Assembly (NCBI RefSeq): GCF_002514735.1
Contig: NZ_KZ300476.1
Coordinates: 599,872-663,871 of the forward strand
Direction of reading: 5' to 3'
DNA: 64,000 bases
Origin: Sediminicola luteus
GTDB taxonomy: Bacteria > Bacteroidota > Bacteroidia > Flavobacteriales > Flavobacteriaceae
The notes under the pieces were generated by a model. It had not been told where the DNA came from. It did no database searches and was given only the letters and a program-made list of their open reading frames with translations. Of this stretch, positions 10,620 through 19,812 are shown piece after piece. The position numbers and the translations under genes are program-made. Positions within the stretch are counted from its first letter, which is position 1; each line of letters begins with the position of its first letter.

Positions 10620-10772
10620 CCCAAAGGTCACATAACTATACACATCTGTTTTTATGCTCTTTACGACACATTAACCCATAAATACACAAAAGTCACACCA
10701 TAAATAAAATGGAGATGCTTGGCCAAATGACCAATTAGTTTTTACTTGCTGGGATACTGTACGCTATACACT

Positions 10773-12272
10773 ATGCAACAACCCGATTCTTGGTCCCAAT
10801 ACATTTGGATACTACTTGGCCTATATGCCCTTGTCATTTTGTTTTTTGTTATCCGGGGAGCCAAAAAAGCCAAAAATATTTCGGATTATGCGGTAGGTAA
10901 CATCGGGTTTCCGTCTTGGGTGGTTGGCCTTTCTTTGGCCGCCTCTATGACCAGTGCCGCGACCTTTATCATCAACCCTGGTTTTATAGCCCTATATGGG
11001 GTTTCGGGCTTTATTTCGTTTGGTGTCGTTTTTCCGTTGGCCGCCATTGTTTCCTTGGTCATATTCACCAAGGGTTTTGCCAAATATGGTAGTGCGGTTA
11101 AGGCCACCACCATGGCCCAATGGATCGGAACCCGATACAAAAGTAGGTCGTATGCCTTTTTCTTTGGGGTAATCGCATTGCTTTTGATCACCTTTATCGT
11201 GTTGATCAATGTCGGGCTCACCCAAGTTATTGCCAAGGCTGCCGGGGCCGATCCTTTTTATATTTTATTAGGGATAACGGTTTTCGTTTTTGGTTATATG
11301 ATGTTCGGGGGGGCTAACTCTATGGTCTATACCAATACAATACAGGCGATTATTATGTTCGTGGTAGCCCTAATCCTTATTTTTTCCGGAGGTGAATTTT
11401 GGGAAGGCGGATTAACGGGACTACTTGAGGAATTACAGTCAATAGACCCCAGCCTAACCCAAAGCACGAACCCTTCAAGTTTTCTATTTCGGGATTATTG
11501 GGAAATCGTGGCCGCCCAAATCGTAATAGGGGTAGCTGTGGTTTGCCAACCCCATATTATAACCAAATCCTTACTTTTAAAGGACACCAAAAAGGTGAAC
11601 AACTACCTTTTTAGCGGAATAGCCTTCGTGGTCGTTTTCTTTTTAGTGGTCTTGGCCGGACTGTATGCCCGGCTTACTTTTCCGGATCTTCAAGTACAAG
11701 GGACCAGTTTGAAAATGGATGAGATCATTCCGACCTATGTGGTCGAACGTTTTTCATTAGGAATTGGCTTGATTATCGTGGTAGGTCTCATTTCAGCGGG
11801 ATTATCCACTTTGGAAAGCCTTATCCAATCCCTGGGGACCACTATCACTTCCGATATATTGAAACCACTATTCCCAAAAACCTTGGAGAAAAGGGCTTTT
11901 GGTATAAACAAACTGGTTATAGTGCTCTTAGGGGCTGTTAGTTTTTGGTTTAGCTGGCAACAACTTACCAATCCCAATGTTAGTGTGGCCATTTTTGCCC
12001 AAAATGGTGTCTACGCCTATTTCGCTGCGGCCTTTGTACCCGTACTTTTTGGCACTTTCTTAAAAAAGGTACCATTGTACGTGGTGTTTACCGCCAGTTT
12101 GGTAGCCATTGTAGTGCACTTTGGGGTATATTACGGTAGAATAGGACCCTATATGCAAGAACCAGTAAACAATCCGGGTATTTCCGCTGCCTTGGGCATC
12201 ATCATTTCCTTATTGGTCGGTCTAGGTTTATTCTGGGTCTCAAGAACAAAAAACACACGGGCCGATGTTTGA
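10773..12272 (+). CDS. Sodium:solute symporter family (SSF) transporter
   Basis: About 13 hydrophobic segments with Gly/Pro-rich TM helices typical of the SSF/APC fold. The ATG at 10773 is preferred over the TTG at 10746. Confidence 0.65.
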   Translation: MQQPDSWSQYIWILLGLYALVILFFVIRGAKKAKNISDYAVGNIGFPSWVVGLSLAASMTSAATFIINPGFIALYGVSGFISFGVVFPLAAIVSLVIFTKGFAKYGSAVKATTMAQWIGTRYKSRSYAFFFGVIALLLITFIVLINVGLTQVIAKAAGADPFYILLGITVFVFGYMMFGGANSMVYTNTIQAIIMFVVALILIFSGGEFWEGGLTGLLEELQSIDPSLTQSTNPSSFLFRDYWEIVAAQIVIGVAVVCQPHIITKSLLLKDTKKVNNYLFSGIAFVVVFFLVVLAGLYARLTFPDLQVQGTSLKMDEIIPTYVVERFSLGIGLIIVVGLISAGLSTLESLIQSLGTTITSDILKPLFPKTLEKRAFGINKLVIVLLGAVSFWFSWQQLTNPNVSVAIFAQNGVYAYFAAAFVPVLFGTFLKKVPLYVVFTASLVAIVVHFGVYYGRIGPYMQEPVNNPGISAALGIIISLLVGLGLFWVSRTKNTRADV

Positions 12273-13764
12273 CTGGATTGGAAAATGGGCAGATTACACG
12301 CCACACAAAGTAGCGGTTTCGGCATTAGGTTCCGATAACCATTATACCTACGCCCAATTAGATCTTTATGCGAATACATTACGTGGGTACCTAACTATGT
12401 TGGGGCTTTCGAAAGGTGACCGTATCGCTGTATTGGCCGAACATGGCTTGCCCTATATGGTGCTTTTTGCGGCCTGCCAAAGGGCCGGAATTATTCTGGT
12501 ACCACTCAATTATAGATATGCCACTACAGAACTAGACCGTATCTTAAAAGACTGCAACCCTTCTTTACTGGTTTATGATTATGCCCAACTGGAAAAATTC
12601 GTCTCTTTAGGTGAGCTTCCGGCCGAGCACCTTTCTATGGATACCCTTATGGAAATATATTCGGCCCCGGGTATTCAGGAAACATCAACTTATCAAATCG
12701 CTGAAGACGACACCCTTTTTATCTTTTATACCTCGGGTACTACTGGGCGCCCCAAAGGGGTCATCTATACCAACCGCATGCTGTTCTGGAACAGCCTTAA
12801 CACCTCCATGCAACTGGGCATTACCTTTCGAGACGCTACCCTAAATGTGGCACCGCCATACCATACCTCGGGTTGGAATGTATTCGTTACCCCCCTACTC
12901 CATAAAGGGGGCCATGTTACCCTTATGGATCGTTTTGACCCTGACCAAGCCCTATTCTATCTCGAACAACAAGAGACGACACTATTTATGGCACTACCCA
13001 CCATGTTGGGCATGATGCAGGAATCACCTGTTTTCAATCAAGTTCAACTCAAAAAACTCCGCTACATAATAACGGGTGGCGAGGCGGTACCCCATGATAT
13101 GGTCATGCATTGGAAAAAGAGCAAAGATTTAAAGATTCGTCCAGGTTACGGTCTCACTGAGGCCGGCCCCAGTATTACTTCTTTACATCATAATATGGTT
13201 ACCCAAAAACCCGGATCTATAGGTAAACCCAACTTTTATCTAGATGCCCGGATCGTTGATGATAATGGCGCATCGGTTGCCCCCAATGAAGTAGGTGAAC
13301 TCTGTATTCGAGGCGATGTGGTAACCCCTGGATATTGGAACAACTCGGTAGAGACCAACAACAAGATAAAAGAAGGCTGGTTGTACACAGGTGATTATGC
13401 CCAAAGCGATGCCGACGGCTATATTTATTTAAAAGGTCGTAAAAACGATATGTATATTTCTGGGGGAGAAAACATCTATCCGCAGGAAATTGAAATTGTA
13501 CTTACTGGTTTATCCGGCATTGATTCTGCTGTGGTTTTCCCAATAAAAGATGTGAAATGGGGTGAATGTGGGGTTGCCTTTGTTACCCTAAATGACCCCG
13601 ATTGGGACCAACAGCAAATACGCGCACGGCTTCAAAACCTTCTCGCACCTTATAAACACCCAAAATACATATTCATTCTCGATCAAATTCCCCGAACCAG
13701 CCTTGGTAAAGTCTCAAGGAAAAAGCTACGGGCCTATATACAATCCGTAATGGATAGACCATAA
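12265..13764 (+). CDS. AMP-dependent synthetase/ligase (acyl-CoA or aryl-CoA synthetase)
   Basis: AMP-binding signature 'IFYTSGTTGRPKGV', 'GYGLTE' and 'GDYA...DGYIYLKGRKNDMYISGGENIYPQEIE'. Overlaps the transporter gene by 8 nt. Confidence 0.85.
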   Translation: MFDWIGKWADYTPHKVAVSALGSDNHYTYAQLDLYANTLRGYLTMLGLSKGDRIAVLAEHGLPYMVLFAACQRAGIILVPLNYRYATTELDRILKDCNPSLLVYDYAQLEKFVSLGELPAEHLSMDTLMEIYSAPGIQETSTYQIAEDDTLFIFYTSGTTGRPKGVIYTNRMLFWNSLNTSMQLGITFRDATLNVAPPYHTSGWNVFVTPLLHKGGHVTLMDRFDPDQALFYLEQQETTLFMALPTMLGMMQESPVFNQVQLKKLRYIITGGEAVPHDMVMHWKKSKDLKIRPGYGLTEAGPSITSLHHNMVTQKPGSIGKPNFYLDARIVDDNGASVAPNEVGELCIRGDVVTPGYWNNSVETNNKIKEGWLYTGDYAQSDADGYIYLKGRKNDMYISGGENIYPQEIEIVLTGLSGIDSAVVFPIKDVKWGECGVAFVTLNDPDWDQQQIRARLQNLLAPYKHPKYIFILDQIPRTSLGKVSRKKLRAYIQSVMDRP

Positions 13765-13811
13765 AAAAGTATTAAAACACCCATGAAAATCACTTTTGAC
13801 CCCAATCGGTA

Positions 13812-14765
13812 ATGAAGTTCCCACAGATGAAAAAAATAACCACACTCCTTCTCGTTTTTATCACTTACGCTTCCATGGCACAGCAATCCGACACACCCAT
13901 GAAATCGATACTCGCCCCCTATTCCTTTCCTACGGAACATTTTATGACAAAGGGAATGGAAATCAACTATATCAATGTGGGTAAAGGCCCAAAAACCTTA
14001 GTATTCGTTCATGGTTTGAGTAGCAATCTGGAAGCTTGGTCCAAAAACATTTCGGAATTGCAAAACCAATTCCAATGTGTTGCCTTAGACCTTCCGGGCT
14101 TTGGCCGTTCTTCAAAAAATGCCCCGGCCTATACCCCATCGTTCTATGCCCAGACCCTTTTGGCGCTATTAGACCATTTAAACCTTGAGCAAGTTGTGTT
14201 GGTCGGGCACTCGATGGGCGGTCAAGCCAGCATAGCTTTTGCACAACACTATCCGGACCGATTGGAAAAACTGGTTTTGGTTGCACCTGCCGGTATCGAG
14301 ACCTTTACCGAAAAAGAAGCGGCAACATTGAACCAATTCATGAACCCTGAATTGGTTAAAAATACTTCGGAGGCCCAAATAGAACAGAACTACAAATTAA
14401 ATTTTTACGCTATGCCGGCCGATACCGAAACCATGATTCAAGACCGAAAAAATATTCGAACCGCTGCAGATTTTGACCAGCATTGTATCGCCATAACAGA
14501 AAGTGTGTCGGGTATGCTGGCCGAGCCCGTATATCAAAATCTCGGGGATATACAAAAGCCGGTCTTGGTGCTTTTTGGTGCGCAAGACTTGTTGATCCCC
14601 AACCGATTCCTTCACCCCACCCTAACCACTTCGGGCATTGCCCAGACTGCTGTGGAACAACTCCCTAACGCAACCATGGCATTGATACCGGAAAGTGGGC
14701 ATTTCGTGCAATTCGAAAAGCCCAACGAAGTGAATAGGGCTATACTCAAATTCCTTACCCCCTAA
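13812..14765 (+). CDS. Alpha/beta-hydrolase fold protein with signal peptide
   Basis: Nucleophile elbow 'GHSMGG'. Preceded by the hydrophobic leader 'MKKITTLLLVFITYASMAQQ'. Confidence 0.7.
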   Translation: MKFPQMKKITTLLLVFITYASMAQQSDTPMKSILAPYSFPTEHFMTKGMEINYINVGKGPKTLVFVHGLSSNLEAWSKNISELQNQFQCVALDLPGFGRSSKNAPAYTPSFYAQTLLALLDHLNLEQVVLVGHSMGGQASIAFAQHYPDRLEKLVLVAPAGIETFTEKEAATLNQFMNPELVKNTSEAQIEQNYKLNFYAMPADTETMIQDRKNIRTAADFDQHCIAITESVSGMLAEPVYQNLGDIQKPVLVLFGAQDLLIPNRFLHPTLTTSGIAQTAVEQLPNATMALIPESGHFVQFEKPNEVNRAILKFLTP

Positions 14766-14810
14766 GGAAATACGCATTTTGAGAAAACTTTAAAAAATCA
14801 TCGGTAAATT

Positions 14811-14972
14811 AGAGACTGTTTTGAAATGTGTGATTGGAATTTTTACAGGTTATTTTTGATGCCTTATAAGGCAAAATTTTTAAGCATAGCAGGGTTACGG
14901 TTTAAAATTTTTACGAAATAGGGCGCAAAAAGAAGCATAAAAAAACAATTGACATATTTCAAAACAGTCTCT
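14811..14972. repeat. MITE-like element, family 1, copy A (162 bp, 17-bp perfect terminal inverted repeats, no ORF)
   Basis: Left end 'agagactgttttgaaat' and right end 'atttcaaaacagtctct' are exact reverse complements. The internal sequence matches copy B at 36649..36850, including 'tttaagcatagcag.gttacggt' and 'aaaaaacaattgacatatttcaaaacagtctct'. Flanked by the direct repeat GGTAAAT (14803-14809 and 14975-14981). Confidence 0.8.
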
Positions 14973-14985
14973 AGGGTAAATCCAT

Positions 14986-16410
14986 ATGAAAACACCCTTA
15001 AAAAAATTCACCGCCTTTAGCCAAGGCCTTTTGCCCCACGAAGCGGTTTATATCGGAAACCATCAAAAGTTCGTGGATACCGAAAAGCGCAACATTACCC
15101 TGCGTTTAGTTTCCAATGCCACCAACCCCGATAAAATCCAAGCTTTTGACGAGCGAATCAACAAAAGAAAATATTCTTATATAAAGCAATGGATAAACGA
15201 TAAACTCGAAAAACTGGATGTAGATCGGCGTACCCTTTGGCTGTTGGATCTCAAGCAAAAAATTCAATTAGATGCCATTTCGGCCGAAGAGGAAAAGGAA
15301 CTAATACAGCATATCGTTGGATATAAGTCGTTGGATTACAATTTTATGAACCTGTACGATTTGGCCCAAGAATATCGGGCTTATCTATTGATACGGATGC
15401 GGTACCAAGACCATAGCATACTTTTCGACTTTTTAAATACGTGGCAACCACATTTCCAACGGGCCAAAGACATACAAGCCAAACTATATGAGGCCACAGC
15501 TGAGATTACGGACCAATATACCTTGAACAACCAAGAAACGCGCTATTGGGAAAAGTGGTTGTTAAAAGTATTCCATACCGAAACCATAGACGGTAAAAAC
15601 CGCTATCAAGCCTTCATCTTATTGGCCTTTATGTACACAAACTACCAAGATCATGGTAAATTGGCCGATTTATTTGAAAAAATAGACCAGCTTTTCAATC
15701 AGGGTCAAATGTACTCTAGACGTATCTTGTGCAATTACTATGCTAGCCGGGTCTTGATGCACTCCAAGGCCAATGATACGACCCAGGCCGAGTATTATGC
15801 ATGGCTTTCGATAAAGCATTATAACAACGATACGATAATGTATGTGAACAACTTGGTTGCCATACTTCTTAAAAACGGCAAGGCCAAGGCCGCATTTTCA
15901 CTTATGGAAGCCTATAATGACCTCTATAAGGCCATTCACAACCACCATCAAAGAATAGGGTTTTGTTCGTATAAAATACGTGTACTTTCGGAACTCGGAA
16001 AAAATAGCCTGGCCGAATCTTTGGCGAAAAACTTTTTGCGCACGTATAAAGCTCAAATCCTGCAACACCGTTGGCATCATTTTTTTACCTCGTACTTGAA
16101 TAGCCTTATCGCCCAGGAAAAGTATGCCGATGTCCTAAAAACGGCACGCAAATACCATTTGGACAGTTTGGAAAAGGAAAGACGCAAAAAGAAGAACTAC
16201 GTTCCTAATATTTCTTGGAGCATCTCCCTTTCTAGGTATATGGAAGGGTTGACACCAGCCGATAGGTTATTGGAAGAAATCAAGGAACCTATGCAGGATC
16301 TTTCCCCATCACCAAGTCAAAAATCTTTACTGATCCAGGTCATGGATAAACTCTCACGTAATCTTCCAGAGGCTTTTTCAGAGCTAAAGTCACAGCTGCT
16401 AAATGAATAA
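14986..16410 (+). CDS. Hypothetical alpha-helical protein of unknown function
   Basis: 474-aa ORF with coding-like composition and an ATG start. No signal peptide. Predicted helical, possibly TPR-like. Lies immediately upstream of a TonB-dependent receptor. Confidence 0.45.
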   Translation: MKTPLKKFTAFSQGLLPHEAVYIGNHQKFVDTEKRNITLRLVSNATNPDKIQAFDERINKRKYSYIKQWINDKLEKLDVDRRTLWLLDLKQKIQLDAISAEEEKELIQHIVGYKSLDYNFMNLYDLAQEYRAYLLIRMRYQDHSILFDFLNTWQPHFQRAKDIQAKLYEATAEITDQYTLNNQETRYWEKWLLKVFHTETIDGKNRYQAFILLAFMYTNYQDHGKLADLFEKIDQLFNQGQMYSRRILCNYYASRVLMHSKANDTTQAEYYAWLSIKHYNNDTIMYVNNLVAILLKNGKAKAAFSLMEAYNDLYKAIHNHHQRIGFCSYKIRVLSELGKNSLAESLAKNFLRTYKAQILQHRWHHFFTSYLNSLIAQEKYADVLKTARKYHLDSLEKERRKKKNYVPNISWSISLSRYMEGLTPADRLLEEIKEPMQDLSPSPSQKSLLIQVMDKLSRNLPEAFSELKSQLLNE

Positions 16411-16553
16411 CCTATACCTTGTAAATCAAAAACATACATCCTTATTGTTTTCACCATTACCTAAAAGGTCACAGCAACAGAAAACACTAGCCCACTTACT
16501 CTTGCCCTAAAAACAACATAGTTTGCATGCCTAAGAACTCAAACTACTTGATC

Positions 16554-19022
16554 ATGAAAAAAATACTGTTCTTCCTCTGTATACTAATCGGAGGGCAACT
16601 CATTGCCCAAGACAAAGGTAGTCTCAGCGGAACCATCAATGACGAAAATGGCGTTCCCCAGTTCGGGGTCAATATCTTGGTTGTGGAAGCCAATAAAGGT
16701 GCCGTAACCGATTTTGATGGGAAGTATGAAATTGCCGGCCTTGACGCCGGAACTTATACGGTTCGGGTTTCTTCCGTGGGGTATGGCACCCAAGAACTAA
16801 GCACAACGATTTCTGCTGGCACTTCGGCCACTTTAAATGCGACCATGGCCGCAGCAGCCAGTATTCTTGACGAGGTGGTTATGACCGCCAACAAAAAAAT
16901 ACAGAAAGTCACCGATGTGCCCGCGACAGTAAATGTAATCCGGGCCAAGGACATCAAGCAATTCCCTAGTTTTAACGTGGGCGAATTAGCCGCCCGACAA
17001 AAAGGGGTCGATTTCGTGCGTACCGGGGTCTTGGGTACCGGATTGAATATTCGCGGTTTCAATTCGGCCTTTAATGCCAAAAACCTACAGGTTACCGATG
17101 ACCGTCTTTCTACCTTAATCGCCACCGGGCTACCTTTTGGCACTTTTAGCACCGTTACCAAAGACGATATTGAACGGGTAGAAATCCTTTTAGGCCCAAA
17201 TGGTACTTTGTACGGACCCAACGCCCACAATGGCTTGGTAAGTACCCTTACCCAAAACCCACATAACACACAAGGTACCACTTTCGCCCTCGGGGCCGGT
17301 AACCAAAGTGTGCTCACTGCCAGGGTAAGACATGCGCAGGCCATCAACGAAAAATGGGCCTATAAATTACATTTTGAAAAATCGCAAGGTACCGAGTTCC
17401 AATATGTAGACACCGTTTACGTTGGTGACCGCGGTTATGAGGAATTAGGGCTAGACCGTGATTTTGACAACCTAAAATATGGTGGTTCAGTTTATTTTAG
17501 ACCTTCGGACGATTCAGAAATCGTTGCTTATTACGGGCATAGTAATAACAACAATATAGGCGTAACCAATGCCGGCCGGAACCTCATCAAAGATTGGAGT
17601 ATAGATATCGCTCAGCTAAAATTCACCTCAAAACATTTTTTCGCCAACGTTTATCATACTTGGAGTAAGACCGAAGACACCTACGCCATGAACCAGCGTA
17701 CCCAGAACTATGTGTCGTTCATAGAAAACGGGTTTTCGGAAGAAGAAGCCTTGGAACGCTCTTATACCGAGCAATGGATACCTGCCTTTGGTGTCGCTGT
17801 ACCCCGGGGTGCCATTTTTAAAGATGCCTCAAAACGTTTTAACAGTGAATTGCAGTACAATAACAATTGGGATCAATTTTATTTAACCGTTGGCGGACAA
17901 TACCAATTGGATATGGCCGATTCTAAAGGCACCTATTTATTAGATCAGGACGGCTCCATAGACATAGGTCAAATCGGAGGTTATGCCCAAATGGAATACA
18001 AACTCAGCGAAACCGGCTGGAACTTTTTGGCCGGAGCCCGGGTAGACAACCATGAACTATACGGCACCAACTTTATTCCGAAACTGGCCGTAACCAAATC
18101 AGTCGGTAATGGCACCTTTCGAATTACCTATGGCAAAGGTATTGCCGTACCATCCATACTAAATTTAAAAGGAAATCTTTTTGGTGGATTGGTAATTGGA
18201 AATGGCGAAGGATTCACCCTCTCTAACGGGGAAACCATTGAAAAACTAGATGTTGAGACCATTAATTCTTTCGAAATCGGATATAAAGGCAAGGTGGCCG
18301 ATAAACTATTTATCGATGCCAACGCCTATTACAACCAATCCGAGAATTTCTTGTCGCCATTGCGCAATATCGCCAATGCCGCCGAAGGTGTATTCGTTAC
18401 CCATGTGGGCGACCAACCTATTAGTGAGATTATCCCAGGGGTAGATGCTTCCCCTTTCTTACTTACCTATCAAAACTTTGGAAAAGTAGATACATACGGT
18501 TTCGATATAGGATTGAATTATTATTTTACCGATGCCTTTAGGGCCTCACTTAACTACTCTTACTTCGGCAGGGATTTAGACAAAGACGACCCGAACAACG
18601 ACGGTAATGGAGATGGCCAAGTCTTGGAGACGGAATTACCGATCAATACCCCGAACAATAAATTAAGCGTTGGCCTACACTATACCAAAGGCAAATTTTA
18701 TGGGGCCTTATTCGGGCGTTGGGTAGAAGATTACGATTTCTTTTCCGGTATAAACATCGCGGCCAAAACACAGGACCTTAATGGCGATGGCACCAACGAC
18801 ATCATAGAAAATGCCCGTAACGGACGTACCTGGAACTACGGCCCCTTAGGCGGATTTACCGTAGATGCCAATGCCGGTTACTACATATCGCCAAGCCTGA
18901 GCATTGGTGCCAGCGTTACCAATTTATTCAATGCGGAAGTACGGGAATTCGTTGCCTCTCCGGTAATCGAGACCCTTTTCTCGGTTGAGCTGAAGTATAC
19001 CGTAGATTTTTTCAAGAAATAA
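16554..19022 (+). CDS. TonB-dependent outer-membrane receptor (CarbopepD_reg-like N-terminus)
   Basis: I chose the ATG at 16554, which gives signal peptide 'MKKILFFLCILIGGQLIAQ'. 'SLSGTINDENGVPQFGVNILVVEANKGAVTDFDGKYEI' fits the CarbopepD_reg fold. Plug and barrel follow, ending 'VDFFKK'. Confidence 0.8.
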   Translation: MKKILFFLCILIGGQLIAQDKGSLSGTINDENGVPQFGVNILVVEANKGAVTDFDGKYEIAGLDAGTYTVRVSSVGYGTQELSTTISAGTSATLNATMAAAASILDEVVMTANKKIQKVTDVPATVNVIRAKDIKQFPSFNVGELAARQKGVDFVRTGVLGTGLNIRGFNSAFNAKNLQVTDDRLSTLIATGLPFGTFSTVTKDDIERVEILLGPNGTLYGPNAHNGLVSTLTQNPHNTQGTTFALGAGNQSVLTARVRHAQAINEKWAYKLHFEKSQGTEFQYVDTVYVGDRGYEELGLDRDFDNLKYGGSVYFRPSDDSEIVAYYGHSNNNNIGVTNAGRNLIKDWSIDIAQLKFTSKHFFANVYHTWSKTEDTYAMNQRTQNYVSFIENGFSEEEALERSYTEQWIPAFGVAVPRGAIFKDASKRFNSELQYNNNWDQFYLTVGGQYQLDMADSKGTYLLDQDGSIDIGQIGGYAQMEYKLSETGWNFLAGARVDNHELYGTNFIPKLAVTKSVGNGTFRITYGKGIAVPSILNLKGNLFGGLVIGNGEGFTLSNGETIEKLDVETINSFEIGYKGKVADKLFIDANAYYNQSENFLSPLRNIANAAEGVFVTHVGDQPISEIIPGVDASPFLLTYQNFGKVDTYGFDIGLNYYFTDAFRASLNYSYFGRDLDKDDPNNDGNGDGQVLETELPINTPNNKLSVGLHYTKGKFYGALFGRWVEDYDFFSGINIAAKTQDLNGDGTNDIIENARNGRTWNYGPLGGFTVDANAGYYISPSLSIGASVTNLFNAEVREFVASPVIETLFSVELKYTVDFFKK

Positions 19023-19029
19023 GCCGCCC

Positions 19030-19812
19030 ATGCCCAAAATAGGTGTGAACCATATTGAATTAGATTATACCGACCTAGGCCAAGGTAGCCCTTTGGTGTT
19101 GCTACATGGCCTAGGTTCTACAAAGGCAGATTGGGAAGCCCAATTAGCTGCCTTTGCCGACGCATACCGCTTAATCGTTCCCGATTTACGCGGGCATGGC
19201 GCCTCTACCAAAACCGATTGTGAATTTGGGGTTAGCCAAATGGCCCAAGACATCGTTGAACTTCTGGACAAACTAAATATACCCCAAGCCAGTTTTGTCG
19301 GTTTTTCCATGGGTGGGGCGGTCGCCTTTGAATTGGCCCATACACATCCAGACCTTGTAGACAAACTGATTATTGTGAACAGCGGACCCGATTTTAATGC
19401 CATGGGGCAATTCGGGGAAGATCTTCTAAAAACCCGTACCCAAAGGTTGCAAGAATTAGGTATGGCCCAATTGGCGGCAGAAATTAGCCAGAATATGTTT
19501 CCCGAACCGGAACAAGCTATATTACGCCAAAGTTTTACCGAACGCTGTGCGGCCAACCTACCAGAGGCCTATCTAAAGAGTTTTACCACCCTAATGGCAT
19601 GGGGTATGGGAGAACGACTACAAGACATACCGCATAAAACCTTGGTAGTAGCCTCAGATATGGACTATACCCCCGTCTCTTTTAAGGAAGCCTATGTGGC
19701 ACGCATGCAGCAAGCGGAACTAGTTGTTATTACCAATTCAAGACATGGGGTAGTTTTAGATCAACCCGAAGAATTCAATACAACCGTTTTAAAATTTTTA
19801 CAAAATGCCTAA
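19030..19812 (+). CDS. Alpha/beta-hydrolase fold protein
   Basis: 'LLHGLGSTKADW' and nucleophile elbow 'GFSMGG'. Starts 8 nt after the receptor stop. Confidence 0.7.
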   Translation: MPKIGVNHIELDYTDLGQGSPLVLLHGLGSTKADWEAQLAAFADAYRLIVPDLRGHGASTKTDCEFGVSQMAQDIVELLDKLNIPQASFVGFSMGGAVAFELAHTHPDLVDKLIIVNSGPDFNAMGQFGEDLLKTRTQRLQELGMAQLAAEISQNMFPEPEQAILRQSFTERCAANLPEAYLKSFTTLMAWGMGERLQDIPHKTLVVASDMDYTPVSFKEAYVARMQQAELVVITNSRHGVVLDQPEEFNTTVLKFLQNA

